A stretch of DNA of 64,000 bases from Selaginella moellendorffii (GCF_000143415.4 NW_003314266.1:1448463-1512462), one strand, 5' to 3'; numbered from the stretch's first letter, positions 25,276 through 37,836 are shown. Numbers and translations are program-made. Notes: generated from the sequence alone by a model not told the origin.

Positions 25276-25855
25276 TGTAATGCACCCTATTTCTCTCCCT
25301 TTAAACCAACTAGAAAATGGGCAATTGTTTGATAAGAGAGTCATTAATAGTTATTTTATCCTCATTTATTCTTTAAAATTTTAAGGAGGATCCACAGTCA
25401 CAATATATTCAAATCTCATCCCATGATCATATGCACAACACTCACCGCTGCCCCCCCTCCCCCCCTTGTATAAACTAGTTATTCCATGTAAATCAATTAA
25501 TCATCCAGCTGTCCACCTGTACCACAATCCTATAGTGAATATCTTCGTCTATAGATACTCTATAAGAGGAAGGATGTATACATGAATGCCTAATACATAT
25601 GAATTCAAATTTAGGGATATAAATATACCTTGCTCAAAGGTATATTTATATTTTAAGTAACCACTAATCAATGAGAATTGAACTTATGCCATTTGCTTTG
25701 ATACCACATGTAGCACCTCTCCATTTACTAAAAAAGGGACAATTATTTAATAAAAGAGCCTTTAATGGTTATTTTATCCTTATTTATCCTTCAAGGTTCT
25801 AAACATTTATGATGACAATATATCTAAATTTCATCCCATGTTCACATGCACTATA
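25276..25855 (-). mobile_element. TRIM (580 bp), old and decayed
   Basis: Diverged direct repeats at 25276-25440 and 25709-25855. TSD ATTTT at 25271-25275 and 25856-25860. GCTTTGATACCA (~25695-25706) is the reverse complement of a Met PBS. A C-rich tract at 25450-25465 is the minus-strand PPT. Confidence 0.8.
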
Positions 25856-26746
25856 ATTTTGGAGTTTGCTTTTTATCTTATTTATGATTCTAAGTTAGTT
25901 GTAAATTTCTATTAGCAATATCCTCTCAAGCAAAGTCTTACACCATAAGTTACTACTCAATACTTACCATTATAGGAGGAATGATATCATATAATTGCCC
26001 CTTTTGTATTTTTTAGAATGTATATTTGCCATTATTATATTGCAAGATTTAAATATCAAATCTCAACTCATATGATTTGAACTAAAGAACTATGAGCATC
26101 TAGGATTATTACGAACTTATACCCAATTTAGGTTTCTAGATTATCTTAAAATTGATATAGAAATAGGGTTTTTAAGATTTTGTACTCAAAGTGTTCAATA
26201 AAAATCATTCTTCTTCTTTTCTCTTGTCTTTCTTTAGTAGTTTTTGTTGTCTTTCTTTCTTTCGAAGATGAGCTTATGATATAACAATTTAGCTATTTTT
26301 TAGGATATTAACAATTTTATAAGAGAATGTCATATAGGAAAATTTAGAAACATTTATAATAAAAAGTATATAGAATTATAGTTTCCCATCACCAAAAAAT
26401 ATGATAAAATTTTTTAAAATTGTAAAGATAATACAGTAGGTATACAGTTAAAATCATAAAAATAATATTTTTTTTATGGTCTGGCCAGTCTTATTATAGA
26501 TACTTATTATATTAACCTAAAACCATATATAAAAGTTAGTGGTTTAGATTTAATCTAATCAGATTCCTATGAAAGCCCACTAATATAAGTTGCTAACAAC
26601 ATTACATATGTGAGCTGAAATATTAACTATATTTATTTTCAACTATTCCTTATATTTTATATTTTAATATTTATTATTAAATATTATTTAGAACTCTCTA
26701 TATAAGTGCAAAATGCAAATGCTAGAATAAAAAGTTAATATTTAAG

Positions 26747-27477
26747 ATGTTTAATATAGTAGTATCTTTCCTTTTATTAATTATATTTAGAGGTTTTTCT
26801 GCTAGATATGAATATGGAGAATATAATGCTTTAAATATTCCTATTGTAAATGATCTTATAGATGCTATTAAAGAATCAATTAATAGAATTCCAAATGGTG
26901 CACTTCCAGTAAGTCAAAGTTTTCATGGGCATATAGATGTTGTAGATGANNNNNNNNNNNNNNNNNNNNNNNNNNNNNNNNNNNNNNNNNNNNNNNNNNN
27001 NNNNNNNNNNNNNNNNNNNNNNNNNNNNNNNNNNNNNNNNNNNNNNNNNTGAAACCCATAAAATGTAATATATTTGCAAGTTTTTTGATAAGTGGTTATG
27101 TTGATATGCCTCATCAATATTTACTATCTACCCAGTTTTTAATTTCGTCAAATAGAGAAGTATATTTATATTTAGGTGCTAATTGCAACTTAGGTTTATA
27201 TAAAGGTAATACTAAATTATGGTTTCCAAAAACATTACTTAGTGGAAATAATTGCATTTTAAGACTACAAGAAGATGGAAATTTAGTTTTATATTCAGAT
27301 CATAAAATTGTTGTTTGGGCCACAGAAACATATTGTACTGATTATAATTGTTATCAGGATGCATATTTAGTGGTTCAAAATAATTGCAATTTAGTTCTAT
27401 ATTTTGCGTATCAGAAAACATTTAGTACTCACCCTAAATTAAAACTTGCATGGGATTCAAAGACATTATGCTATTAA
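26747..27477 (+). CDS. Secreted protein: signal peptide + unknown N-domain + C-terminal bulb-type (B/GNA) lectin; interrupted by an N gap
   Basis: Signal-like MFNIVVSFLLLIIFRGFSA. After the gap (26950-27049) the frame reads KPIKCNIFASFLISG...GANCNLGLY...LRLQEDGNLVLY...VVWATET...VVQNNCNLVLY; QEDGNLVLY is the QxDxNxVxY mannose-binding motif. Joining across the gap is inferred. TATA-like CTATATAAG at ~26698. Confidence 0.75.
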
Positions 27478-27679
27478 ATATATTCAAATATATTTCATCA
27501 TTCCCAAAATATTTCACTAAAAGAGTTCTGATACATTTTAAAGATAAGAAAAATGATATATATAATATGGATCATTACTAAGTAAATATGTAAGTTAACA
27601 AGGGTAAAAACAAAATATTTACCATCTATTATTTAGAGTCACAATTTTTTCCAAGCTTGTCTAGTAAACTAAAAAGAAC

Positions 27680-27800
27680 TCTTTGTTTCTACTTGGGGCA
27701 GCTTGCATGCCTGGACTTCCTTCTGGAAATGCTTCTTCTTCACCTATTTGGTTTTATTCATTGAAATGACAGAAGTGAAAGATATTTGTATTAACTTATG
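27680..27800 (-). pseudogene. Decayed duplicate of the last exon and flank of the LACS gene
   Basis: ctacttggggc...ttccttctggaaatgc...cttcacct...ttgaaatg...gaagtga matches 28490-28620 with deletions. Confidence 0.75.
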
Positions 27801-28496
27801 GTGTAGAGCCAAAAAAAACTTTTGCTATATTCTTTATAGAATTTAGAATTTCATAACACCCCAACCCAATTGCGCCACATGACTACAAAACTGTAGAATT
27901 TCTTGTACCAATTGTACAATTTGTAGAATTTAATAGATAAATTTGATTGTAATTAAAGTTTTTATTGTAATTGTTGACATGAGCATAGAAACTCCACAAC
28001 TCCCCATAGCAATTGATCTTGTTTACCTAACGCGAGAGTTGGGTCACGAAAGGCATTATTCTGAGTTCACGTCACAAACACTCCCCTGTTTTTCTTACAA
28101 CGGTTTCTCATACACCAGTCTACATTTCTATACATCTAATAGAAAGCCCCATAAATGCAACTGGTGCAAGTCACAACATTGGAAGATTGGTAATCCAGCT
28201 CAAGGACTGGACAATATCTAATCCTTGATAGATCTATATGCCATATTAAATGTTATTTTTATTGTTATGCCTCAACATTGATCACGAAAAGGAAACGAGC
28301 TAGATGCCAAGAGTGAGTTCCAGCTCACAATATTTCTTACGGGCATGAAAGCAGATGTGCCTAGACGATATTTTCGTCATCGAAGTATATGCCCTTCTGT
28401 TACACTCGTAGCTCCTATCAGTTCCACAGAGAATCTCTTTTCCTCCATGATATGTTATTCGACACTTATTTAGAGAAGCAAAAGAGCTTTTTGTTT

Positions 28497-31400
28497 CTAC
28501 TTGGGGCTGGCAGCGATTGCATCGTACATGGCTTGGATTTCCTTCTGGAAATGCTTTTTAGCTTGCGGCCGCTTCACCTGTTTGGTTCCATTGATTGAAA
28601 TGGGAGAAGTGAGAGATTATTTTATGTTTTATTTCTACGTACNNNNNNNNNNNNNNNNNNNNNNNNNNNNNNNNNNNNNNNNNNNNNNNNNNNNNNNNNN
28701 NNNNNNNNNNNNNNNNNNNNNNNNNNNNNNNNNNNNNNNNNNNNNNNNNNNNNNNNNNNNNNNNNNNNNNNNNNNNNNNNNNNNNNNNNNNNNNNNNNNN
28801 NNNNNNNNNNNNNNNNNNNNNNNNNNNNNNNNNNNNNNNNNNNNNNNNNNNNNNNNNNNNNNNNNNNNNNNNNNNNNNNNNNNNNNNNNNNNNNNNNNNN
28901 NNNNNNNNNNNNNNNNNNNNNNNNNNNNNNNNNNNNNNNNNNNNNNNNNNNNNNNNNNNNNNNNNNNNNNNNNNNNNNNNNNNNNNNNNNNNNNNNNNNN
29001 NNNNNNNNNNNNNNNNNNNNNNNNNNNNNNNNNNNNNNNNNNCCGGATCCACCACCACGATTGCTACCGCACTCGCGTTTAGACTATCGCCTGTTACAAT
29101 CGAAGAGAATTGTGTCAAAACCGCTCGCTAGACACAAAACAAAATTGTTCTCACCGTAGACGAAACACTGAGCAACGAACTTGCTTTTATGATAGACATT
29201 CTCAATCTTCTCTGGCGCTATGTATTCACCCTGTGCAAGCTTAAAAATGTTCTTTTTCCTGGCAAAAAATGACGTCAAGCAAAATCGAATGACACAAAGC
29301 ACGTTACCGGTCAATAATTCTCAGCTTCCCGTCAGGTAGCCAGAGACCAATATCACCTGTGTGCAACCAGCCCTCAGGATCGAGAACTTCTTTCCTGGAG
29401 AAGAACAGTGTAAGTGAGAGGCCTAAAGTTATAAGAAAAGTATACGTTTGAACTTCGTCTTTGTAATAGCCCTTAAATATACTTGGTCCCCTGACACATA
29501 TTTCTCCCCGGGGATATGGCTTGTCCTGGCTTGTATATTCCATCTCGGTGACATCTTCAAGCTTGATTTCTACAAGAGCACTCAAAAGTTCCAAATCTCA
29601 GCTTACTTAATTCTGAAATCATACCACAAGACGAGTTGGGAGCTCCGACATGGCCTGACGTGTTGTCTCCTTCTTGACAAGAAGAAATGAGGCACGCCGT
29701 TTCTGTCATCCCATAGCCTTCGAGTACGCACGCACCAAAGCATCTGTGACATTAACATCTCGATGTCAGATCCATTTTTTTGTGTCCGTGTAGGACACTC
29801 ACATTCTTAAGAAGTCCAAAACCTCTGGAGAAATAGGAGAGGCACCAGATAATATGAGCCTTACCCGGCCTCCAAGCCTTGCCTTGATCTTGTTAAAAAC
29901 AAGACGGTCCCAAATAGGAGAAGGAGTCTTATCTGTAAAACCGCCGTCAGGGAGAACATGTATGGAGAAAAACAACCTTTCTCAAGAGCCTGCCGCTTTG
30001 CGTTGAAGGCCACATTGAAAAGTTTCTCCCGCAGCCCACCAGATGATTGAACTGTGGTTACAATTCTGCAACAGAGACTGAGAAAAGGCGGAACTTTAAG
30101 AAGACACCTCACCTGTCATAAATTCTGTTGTAGAGACGGGGAACACTAGCAAAAACAGTAGGCCTCAGCAACTCTAAATCATCCATGAGCTTTAAAATGT
30201 CCTGCAAGATGAAGAGTTAGCACAGAACTATAACAGGGAAGGCTCCTACCCCTTGATAAAATCCTAAAGAGGCTCCATAATGTGCCATAGCTATTATGTT
30301 CGTCCTCTCGTAAATATGTGCTAAAGGTAAATAAGAAATATGTCTGGTACATAGCCATTTGGTCAAAGGTTCGAAAAATAAAGTATTTCCCACTCACACA
30401 TCTGAAGGGTACAACTTGATCGTCAAACAGGCACCTGAACAGCTGGCCACAAGGTTATGGTGGCTAAGCATCGCTCCCTGTAAAGAAAATTCCCTTCTTA
30501 ACTTGAACAGTCGCAAAGCCTTAACCTTTGGTGTGCCCGTTGTCCCGCTAGTATAGCATATCGTTGCAATATCGTCAGGCATAGGCGGAATAAATGGCCT
30601 TTCATCGATTCGACCCTGCATGTAAGCTTTGAGGACACATCAGAATCGAGGTAAATGAAATACCTGTGCTTCAAATTTTGAATAGGATACAATCTCTACT
30701 CCAGACGTTTGTGGGAGTGAAGGAAGTAAATGTTCCGAACCTCCAATGACCTGAACAAATGATAAAAATGTTCATCCAACAAATACAAATATATCAAGAT
30801 TCTACCACAACAAGCCGCACAGATGGAAGGTCTGAAAGACAGCTGAGAAGCTGCAAGCACAAAGAATATTAAAGAACATGTAAATGTAGAAGCTACGAAA
30901 AAAAAAAAAAACACAAACCGTATTTAATTTATCTGCAGTACAAAAGACAGCTGAAAGCTCAGCGTGATTGATGATAAATGTGACCGCATCAGCACCTGAA
31001 AGATAAAAACATTCCGGTGATGATCATCAAACAGGTCATAACGTACCAAGTGTGTCATATAACGGAACAGAGACGTAGGAATATGACGAACAGGCGTGCT
31101 CAATAACTATCCATTCAGCGCGATTAATCATGTAGAGTCCGATACCCGATCCCTGCAAACAATTAAGTTAAATCCCGTGCATACAGATTCAAAGTTCCAC
31201 CTTTGGGATCCCACGAGAAACAAGACTCGATCCAATAGCCGTTCGCGCGGCACCAGCTTCTCCATAAGTAACCCATCTGTACCTGTTAGACGAACCGAGT
31301 AAAACCAAGTCCGTGTTTTAGATTGTCTTACTCTCCAACAGTCCCATCTTCGCGAACTCTTGTCCCAAGATACTTGGAGTCACCATAGGAGCGAACGGCG

Positions 31401-31880
31401 TACCTGATATCCGAGCGTGATCATAACATCCCAGCTTCACTTTTGTACTTACACAAAGTTGTCGTGCAGTGTGAGAATTTCCGGATGATTTGGGAAGTGA
31501 TCCACGAGCTTCAGAGGAGATCGAATGGACCTATGCAGCAAGTGAAAAATTGATAAAGCACAATATTAGTTAATCCACAGTACCTATACACATTCCACTT
31601 CCCATTTTTAAGCTTTTCGGGAAGAATAACACTATAGCCTTGCTCTGCGAAGCAGCATATCAATACAAGAGCCAGGATTAAATTGAAGTATCACCCACCA
31701 ATGAAAAATTCTCCAGCTGTTGGATGAAAATCGAGCAGCTGCGATTGCCCTACAGCGGAAAAGAGAAAAAGAAAAAATGAAGAAAAATCAGCCGTTTCAA
31801 TCCTGGAAAAGGCCTTTACCTGTCGCGAGACTGGCAATATGCCCGTGGATGATCTTGAGCCGGCGCTGAGCTGAATCCAT
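28497..31880 (-). CDS. LACS7: Peroxisomal long-chain acyl-CoA synthetase (LACS6/7 type), multi-exon, part lost in the N gap 28643-29042
   Basis: Start [15 protein letters not shown] (PTS2 RLx5HI). Motifs [60 protein letters not shown]. Last exon [26 protein letters not shown]. Introns are about 45-60 nt. Confidence 0.93.
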
Positions 31881-32304
31881 CCAGTATCTCCCACAATATT
31901 TCCCACAATCCGATTGACCTTTCTTTCCCGCAGCTTTTTCTTGCCCTCGATCAGACACTCACTCGATTCACAGCTCCAGGGCACCCGATCAATCGATTGC
32001 TAGGAGGAAGCGAATCCAAATCCCTCACCGATGCATTGGAATGCGGCTCGTCATCTACCAGAACAATGATCGAAGCCGCGGATCGAGACAAACTAGCATT
32101 GCCAAACCTGGTAGGGCGCCAGGAGCAAGGAGAAAAAAAACTAAAAAGGGATACGTGTTGTCAAGAGTTTCATCTATTTGAGGCGGTGAAATTCCACGGA
32201 TATTCCAAATAGGGCATATTCGCCGCATCACATCCAACTTTATCCATTTTGTTTATGTACAGGGTTAATCCGCAACCGTCCCCCAATCGCCACCGTTGGC
32301 TCCG

Positions 32305-34792
32305 CTACTCGCTGGCGTAGTCGTCTTCGTCTCCAAACGTAAACACGGAGGCGTCCGCCGCGATCGCTCGGAAGTCATTCGATTCATCCTCAGCCTTCTC
32401 CTTCTTGCTGGGATGATCTTCCTTGACATGGACGTAGTCACTGGATTCGTCCTTGTCTGATCGAGCTTTGGGAGCTTCTTCCGCCGCCGGAGACGAATCG
32501 GATGACTTTGGACGATTCTCGCTGCTCACTACTGCTGCTGCTGCTGCTCCACAGCTTAACTCCGGTTCCGGATGCTTTGGAGCTGTAGTCTCGACGCGAA
32601 CACCCTGGTTCTCCTTTCTGTGAGAATCGCCATCTTCACTATCACTGAATACGTCGTCGTTCTCGCGGGATTCTGTGTCGGGTGATCGCTGGGGAGCCTG
32701 TGGCAGCGGTGGGCTTTCGCGAGGAGGTACAGGAGGGACACTCGCGTTTGGATCCAGAATTACCACTTCTACTTGAAAGCCTGGAGAAGGAAGCCTCCTC
32801 TGGAAGAAACGAAACAGTCAAGGTGAGATTTTAAAGCAAGCTTAAGCACCTTGTCGAACCCATCGAGATCTGCCACGTTGAGAATTTGTCTTGTCTCCAT
32901 CATGGTTGTGTTTAGCCAGCTGAGAGCATTTTAAAAACGTTCAACTTGGATCACCAAAGCCACTTGAACTCACCAGTAAAAGTCTCCGTGGCGGTCCTGA
33001 AAAAGGATCTTGAAATCGCCATCAAGATCCGCGACGCACCTCTCTCCGGGCAAAGCGAACACCATTATCCCTCTCCTGGGTGCACTGAACCAGAAATCTT
33101 CAGGCTGCACCAGCAGTACGACGAACATAAGAGCGAGAAGGGATGATGACACGAAAGAAAAGCATCTACCATCATGTCTTTCGTCCTCGGATGTTTTTTT
33201 GTTGAGAACAATATGCCTGAAAGCAGATGATGAGACTTGCACTTCAACCGTATTAGTTACCAACCATTGTGATCGGATACTGTGATGGCTGGTCTGATCC
33301 AATAAGGGCACCTATGAAGCCTGATCCCCCTAAGAATGCACCTGCGATGTAGAGGGCCAGATAAAAACACAGTTTTGCTGTGAACTACAGCTCACTTTCG
33401 CCCGGCTGGTGTTTCTCCGTTGAATTCCTTTAGAACGCGTTCAAAATACTTGACATAACGCTGCAAAGAAGGCCAAGTATCAGTTCAGCATCACAAGAGC
33501 AGGACATTACAATTTGACTCGGTAGAATAAGACCCTTGCTATCGATGCACCGCCTCTCGTTATAGTTTGCGATGCATTCTTCGGCAGTCGGAAAAAACTG
33601 TAGCATAAAAGTGGTGACAGGATAGACTCTAAAAAAGTGTTACCTTAAGATACAGAAGAAGGCACGATATCATCAACCCGGTGCGCGCTTTCCCCGCTTT
33701 GCAATGAACCACTACGACGTTGTCGAGGTTCTCTTTAAGCCAACCATATGCACTTCGACAGAAGGCCAAGACCAATTGCAGTGGGGGACAATTGTGATCG
33801 TCGAATGGAAACGATGCAACCTGCGGGACATCCAAAAATCAATACAAAGCAGGCACGAAGGCAGTCGTTTGTCTACCTTGCCTTCCAGCAAAGAAACATC
33901 GTAAAGCCTTTCAGAGCAAAGGTTATACACTTTGTACTTCCCCTACAATGAAACACACAGAATCAAGGCAAGAGAGATCAATACAACACTGTCTCACCTT
34001 ATGTTGCGTTTCGAAAAACCTTATAACTTCCTCCATATGGTTTCTGTAAAATCCCTGTGCAAACCGAGCAGCCCATAAGCATTGCCGAATTAAAAAAGAG
34101 AAAGAAAAATCACCTCAACGTAGCCAAGGATACCAGAGCTCATGTCGCCGGCAGGAAAGCCCATGGCGATAATGCTATCAGTGATATACGTCATGTCCAA
34201 GTCGAAGCCACCTTCCTACAAAGCAAAGAATTAGAAAAACAAAACAAGCACACACAAAACATACCTGATAGCGTCGTTTGTTCTGCGAGACCAAATGCCT
34301 AGCTCTTGTTTGGACCACCTTGACTGCATTCCTGGACGAGTCGAGAAATCCCTTCGTGAAAGTACCAAATGCCCCGTCTTGAGCTTGAGCCGGGGCTGTT
34401 GTGGTGGGCAATTCGTCGTCCACCACTGGGATCTTGGCCGGGACTCTCTTCCCAAATCCACTGGAGAGAATGCTGAAAGGCGACTTGGAGTCCTTGGGCG
34501 AGCTCGCATTTGAATTCTCTTTGGCATCTTTCGGAGAGATTGGAAGCTTCAAGCTCTTGGCCCACGTCGAGATCCCAGCCACTGAGAGCTTGGACGGCGC
34601 CTCTGTAGATCCGTCACCTGGAGTAGCGGCGGCTGTTCTCGAGAAGAAACTGGCGCTCCTCTGGTAGAATTTCGACCGCTGCTGAGTCGCCGCAGCAGCT
34701 CCCTCCGTAACCGAAATCTCGACAGGCACCTCCGACGGCTCCACCGATACGCTCACGGGAGCTTCCGGCGAGCTCTCCATCGAGATCTGCAT
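32305..34792 (-). CDS. PTEN2: PTEN2-type phosphoinositide phosphatase, multi-exon
   Basis: RHLVSQNKRRYQ|EGGFDLDMTYIT; YNLCSERLYD; FPFDDHNCPP; HCKAGKARTG P-loop; C2 region (FALPGERCVADLDGDFKILF). The C-terminal AIAADASVFTFGDEDDYASE is typical of plant PTEN2. Start is at 34792 or 34780. Confidence 0.93.
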
Positions 34793-35960
34793 GGAAGAAC
34801 TCGAGCTGAGCCAGAATAGGGAGAGAAATCGCGCATCCGGTAGCTAATCCACAGCATTTCATCCAGTCTGTGCCAATGTGGCCAATACCTGAGAGCGCTC
34901 CGACGCCTCGTGAGCTAGAGATCCATCGATGGAAAGAACAAACCCTAGGGGCTCTGCCTAATCTTGCGAGTTAAAATTACTGGTAGTTCACTTTAGGGCT
35001 CTTCCGTAAAACGCGGAGAAGAGCTCTGTCTCTATCCATGGCGATCGAAGCTCCAGCAATTCAAGATTTTGATCCTCAGCACCATCAACACTACGGCACC
35101 TTCTCGCCCCTTGATCCCGCCCGGAGATCCTCACAATATCCCGGGAGCCTTCCAGGTCTCGAATTCGATTTTGCGATCGCGCCGCGCTGCTCGATCTCGC
35201 CAAAACTATCATGAAGTTTCCTATTCTGGTTGTGGCAGTAGCGATCGCTGAGGGGCGCGCCTTGTACGCCTCTCGAATCGTCCGCGAGGAGGAGCCCCCA
35301 CTCCCGCTTTGCAACATTGGCATTGGATGGTTTCTGTGAGTTCTTTGGATCCCGTGCCTAAGCTGAGATCTAAATTGGATAAGTCCTCCAGATTCGCGAT
35401 TGGATTCGTTAGCATCATCCCCTGGTTCGTGGGCGCGATCATCTTCGCCTGCTTCACGCACGATTGGAGAGAAAGGGCTGGGCTCGCAGCCTGTACGGTG
35501 GCTGTAAGCAATCTATACGATCGCTCCACAAAGTTCTAGCTGATCTTTCTTGCTAAGCACGATTTCTTGTGCGCAGGCGTTCGTGACAATCCTCGTCGGA
35601 GGCTCTCGGTTCTTGTGATCGAGATCACAATGCCACGAAAACAGCCAATTTGCCGTGCGCGGGACCCGATCTTTTACACGTGGCACCTTCCTTTTCAGCC
35701 ACGTGCTTTAATTTTATTTTACCTGAATAATCTATTTTATAGCACTTCTCTCCATTTCCACTAAAAATGTAGGTTTTATAGATATAGAAAATGTGCGTGA
35801 CTGAACTGGCCAACTTCGATTAATCGTTCAAAGAAAACGACCATCAAGCTAGCGCAGATCCAGTCATAGAGAAAAAATCGCGAATAAATCGATCTAGAGC
35901 TACAGCCACAGAGAGAAAAGACAATAACAAAAAGGGAGAAGCATACAAACCAAGTTTCGA

Positions 35961-37172
35961 TCACACTCTACCGTGAGCGTTGAACTGCGGCTCCTGCGCG
36001 TAAGGATTGGACGAGTTCCTCGCGTTCTTCACGGGCGAGGACGACGATTTGCTTCTCCGCCGCTGGAAATAGATCGCCCAAGTCACGGCCTCGAGGATGA
36101 GCGCGACGACGCCCAGCGCGATGATGATCCCAATGTAGGCGTTCTTCCATCCCTTGGCCGGGTCCAGGATGTCGAATCCCTTGAAGATGTTGGCGATGGC
36201 GAGCGCGATCGTGGCGTAGCCAATGCCGTGGTGGTAGGCGTTCCAAAACGTCCTGTAGCTGTGCGTCTTGTTCGGCCGGAGCACGATCGCGAACACCTGG
36301 AGCGTCCCAAACACGAACATCGTGATCCCAATGTTCCTGTGCGTGTTGTATCTCACTCCAACCGAGTCGGATCCCAGGCGGAGCCCGATCGCCCAGCCCA
36401 CCACCCCGAGGATGTATCCCAGCGTCTGGCAGGCGACGTGGAGGTAGAACCAAGTTGGATCGGCCCACTCGAACGATCGGAGGTAGCGCGCGGACATGGC
36501 ACCGATCGGGAGGAGGATCCCCCAGCCGATAGCGTTGAGGATGCCGTGCGCGTTCCGGAGGTGGAGCCGCGGGATACCGGCCGAGCTCGCGGCGCCAGTG
36601 GCGAGATCGAGGCTCCCGGCCGAGGACGTGGAGGCTTGGTCCAGAGCGTGGGCTTGTGGAGCGTCGCCATTCACCTGGCTCCCCCGGTTCCAGATGTGGA
36701 AGATGTTGCTACTCGGGCTGGTGAGGCGGAGTAGCGCGGTGAATCTCGCGGTGGTGCCTTGGATCTCCACGGCCTGGGCGAGGACGGTCACGTCGGTGGT
36801 GGAATTCCTCAAGATAGCCTGCCGCGAGCCCGTGAGGCTGTAGAGCATGAGATGGCTGCCCGATGCGTTGCTGAAAGCGATGAGCGCCGAGGCCCCGTCC
36901 ATCCCCGCTCGGCTTGGATTGTAGCCCCAGCCCACCCAGCCGGACGCGCTGGGGAGAGAGCCCGAGAAGGCGATCTCCAGGGTCCGGTTCTCGGCGATGA
37001 AGGTCCAGGCGATCGTCGCCCCCTGCGACAGGCTCTGGCACTGCATGAAGCTCGACTGCGTGTTCGCGATCGTGAGCTGCCGCAAGCACTGCTGGGCCGC
37101 GGATGGAGCGATGAGCGCCGAGAGGGCAAGGATCGAGATAAATATCGCCATTCTTGCTGTTGCCGAGGCCAT
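35961..37172 (-). CDS. DOMON + cytochrome b561 domain protein (AIR12-like CYBDOM), intronless
   Basis: Signal peptide MAIFISILALSALIAPSAAQQC. DOMON motif GWVGWGYNP...MDGASALIAF. b561 heme His motifs NAHGILNAIGWG, WFYLHVACQ, HRNIGI, WNAYHHGIGY. Confidence 0.93.
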   Translation of the reverse strand: MASATARMAIFISILALSALIAPSAAQQCLRQLTIANTQSSFMQCQSLSQGATIAWTFIAENRTLEIAFSGSLPSASGWVGWGYNPSRAGMDGASALIAFSNASGSHLMLYSLTGSRQAILRNSTTDVTVLAQAVEIQGTTARFTALLRLTSPSSNIFHIWNRGSQVNGDAPQAHALDQASTSSAGSLDLATGAASSAGIPRLHLRNAHGILNAIGWGILLPIGAMSARYLRSFEWADPTWFYLHVACQTLGYILGVVGWAIGLRLGSDSVGVRYNTHRNIGITMFVFGTLQVFAIVLRPNKTHSYRTFWNAYHHGIGYATIALAIANIFKGFDILDPAKGWKNAYIGIIIALGVVALILEAVTWAIYFQRRRSKSSSSPVKNARNSSNPYAQEPQFNAHGRV

Positions 37173-37227
37173 TGCTCGATGGATCGCCACGAAATTTCGA
37201 ACGCTATGGAATATCTCGGGCGCTTGG

Positions 37228-37307
37228 ATCGAGCAAGGAAGATCGGAATATCGCGAACCTGATCGGTGAATCGAGCAAGGAAGATCGAAATATCGGGAAC
37301 CTGATCG
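37228..37307. repeat. 42-bp tandem duplication upstream of the CYBDOM gene
   Basis: atcgagcaaggaagatcgRaatatcgSgaacctgatcg occurs at 37228 and 37270. Confidence 0.85.
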
Positions 37308-37802
37308 ATCGCAGGCCGCGCTGCTGCAAGAGGGTTTTGGATCCGGCCGGGTTCTTGGAAGAAGTGCCACCCCTGGAAGCTTATATCCTCGCGAATCGCC
37401 TAGAACAGGTCGCTGTCCGGTGGAATTTGTTTACTTGTTCATCCTGCTACGAACAACACGGTCATGGTACCTAGAATTCCTACAAATCGGCAGAAGCTCA
37501 CCAGAAGGCGCGAGCGGCATGCGCCAAGCCGGGCCCGACGAAGTCTTTGAGCAGAGGAGCTAGAGCCCTAAAACCGCGTTGCATGCTCATTATTCGGCCA
37601 CGTGGAGGCCACGGGTCAGCGACACGTCGACGACCCCGCCGAAATGGAGCCAGCCGTTGGATCTCGGGCGAATTTGAATAAGAGCCGTCGGATGAGGAGC
37701 AGCCATTGAGGACTTTTGTTTAAAGTTTGGTGGAAGGTAACAATAGTTCTTCCATTCAACACGGCGCTGGTTTTAGACGAGTGATGTAATGCTGAGGAGA
37801 GC

Positions 37803-37804
<2 letters not shown>

Positions 37805-37836
<32 letters not shown>
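37805..37836. repeat. (GA)16 microsatellite
   Basis: Directly visible. Confidence 0.95.

Noticed and set aside
28501-29118. ORFs spanning the N-run
   Set aside because: Artefacts of the assembly gap; the region belongs to the LACS gene.
34988-35539. ORFs upstream of PTEN2, including one with an LDLSL EAR-like motif
   Set aside because: Non-ATG starts and no recognisable family; this could be PTEN2 leader or promoter sequence.
37173-37370. 66-aa N-terminal extension of the CYBDOM ORF
   Set aside because: It has a non-ATG start, derives partly from the 42-bp tandem repeat, and would mask the signal peptide.
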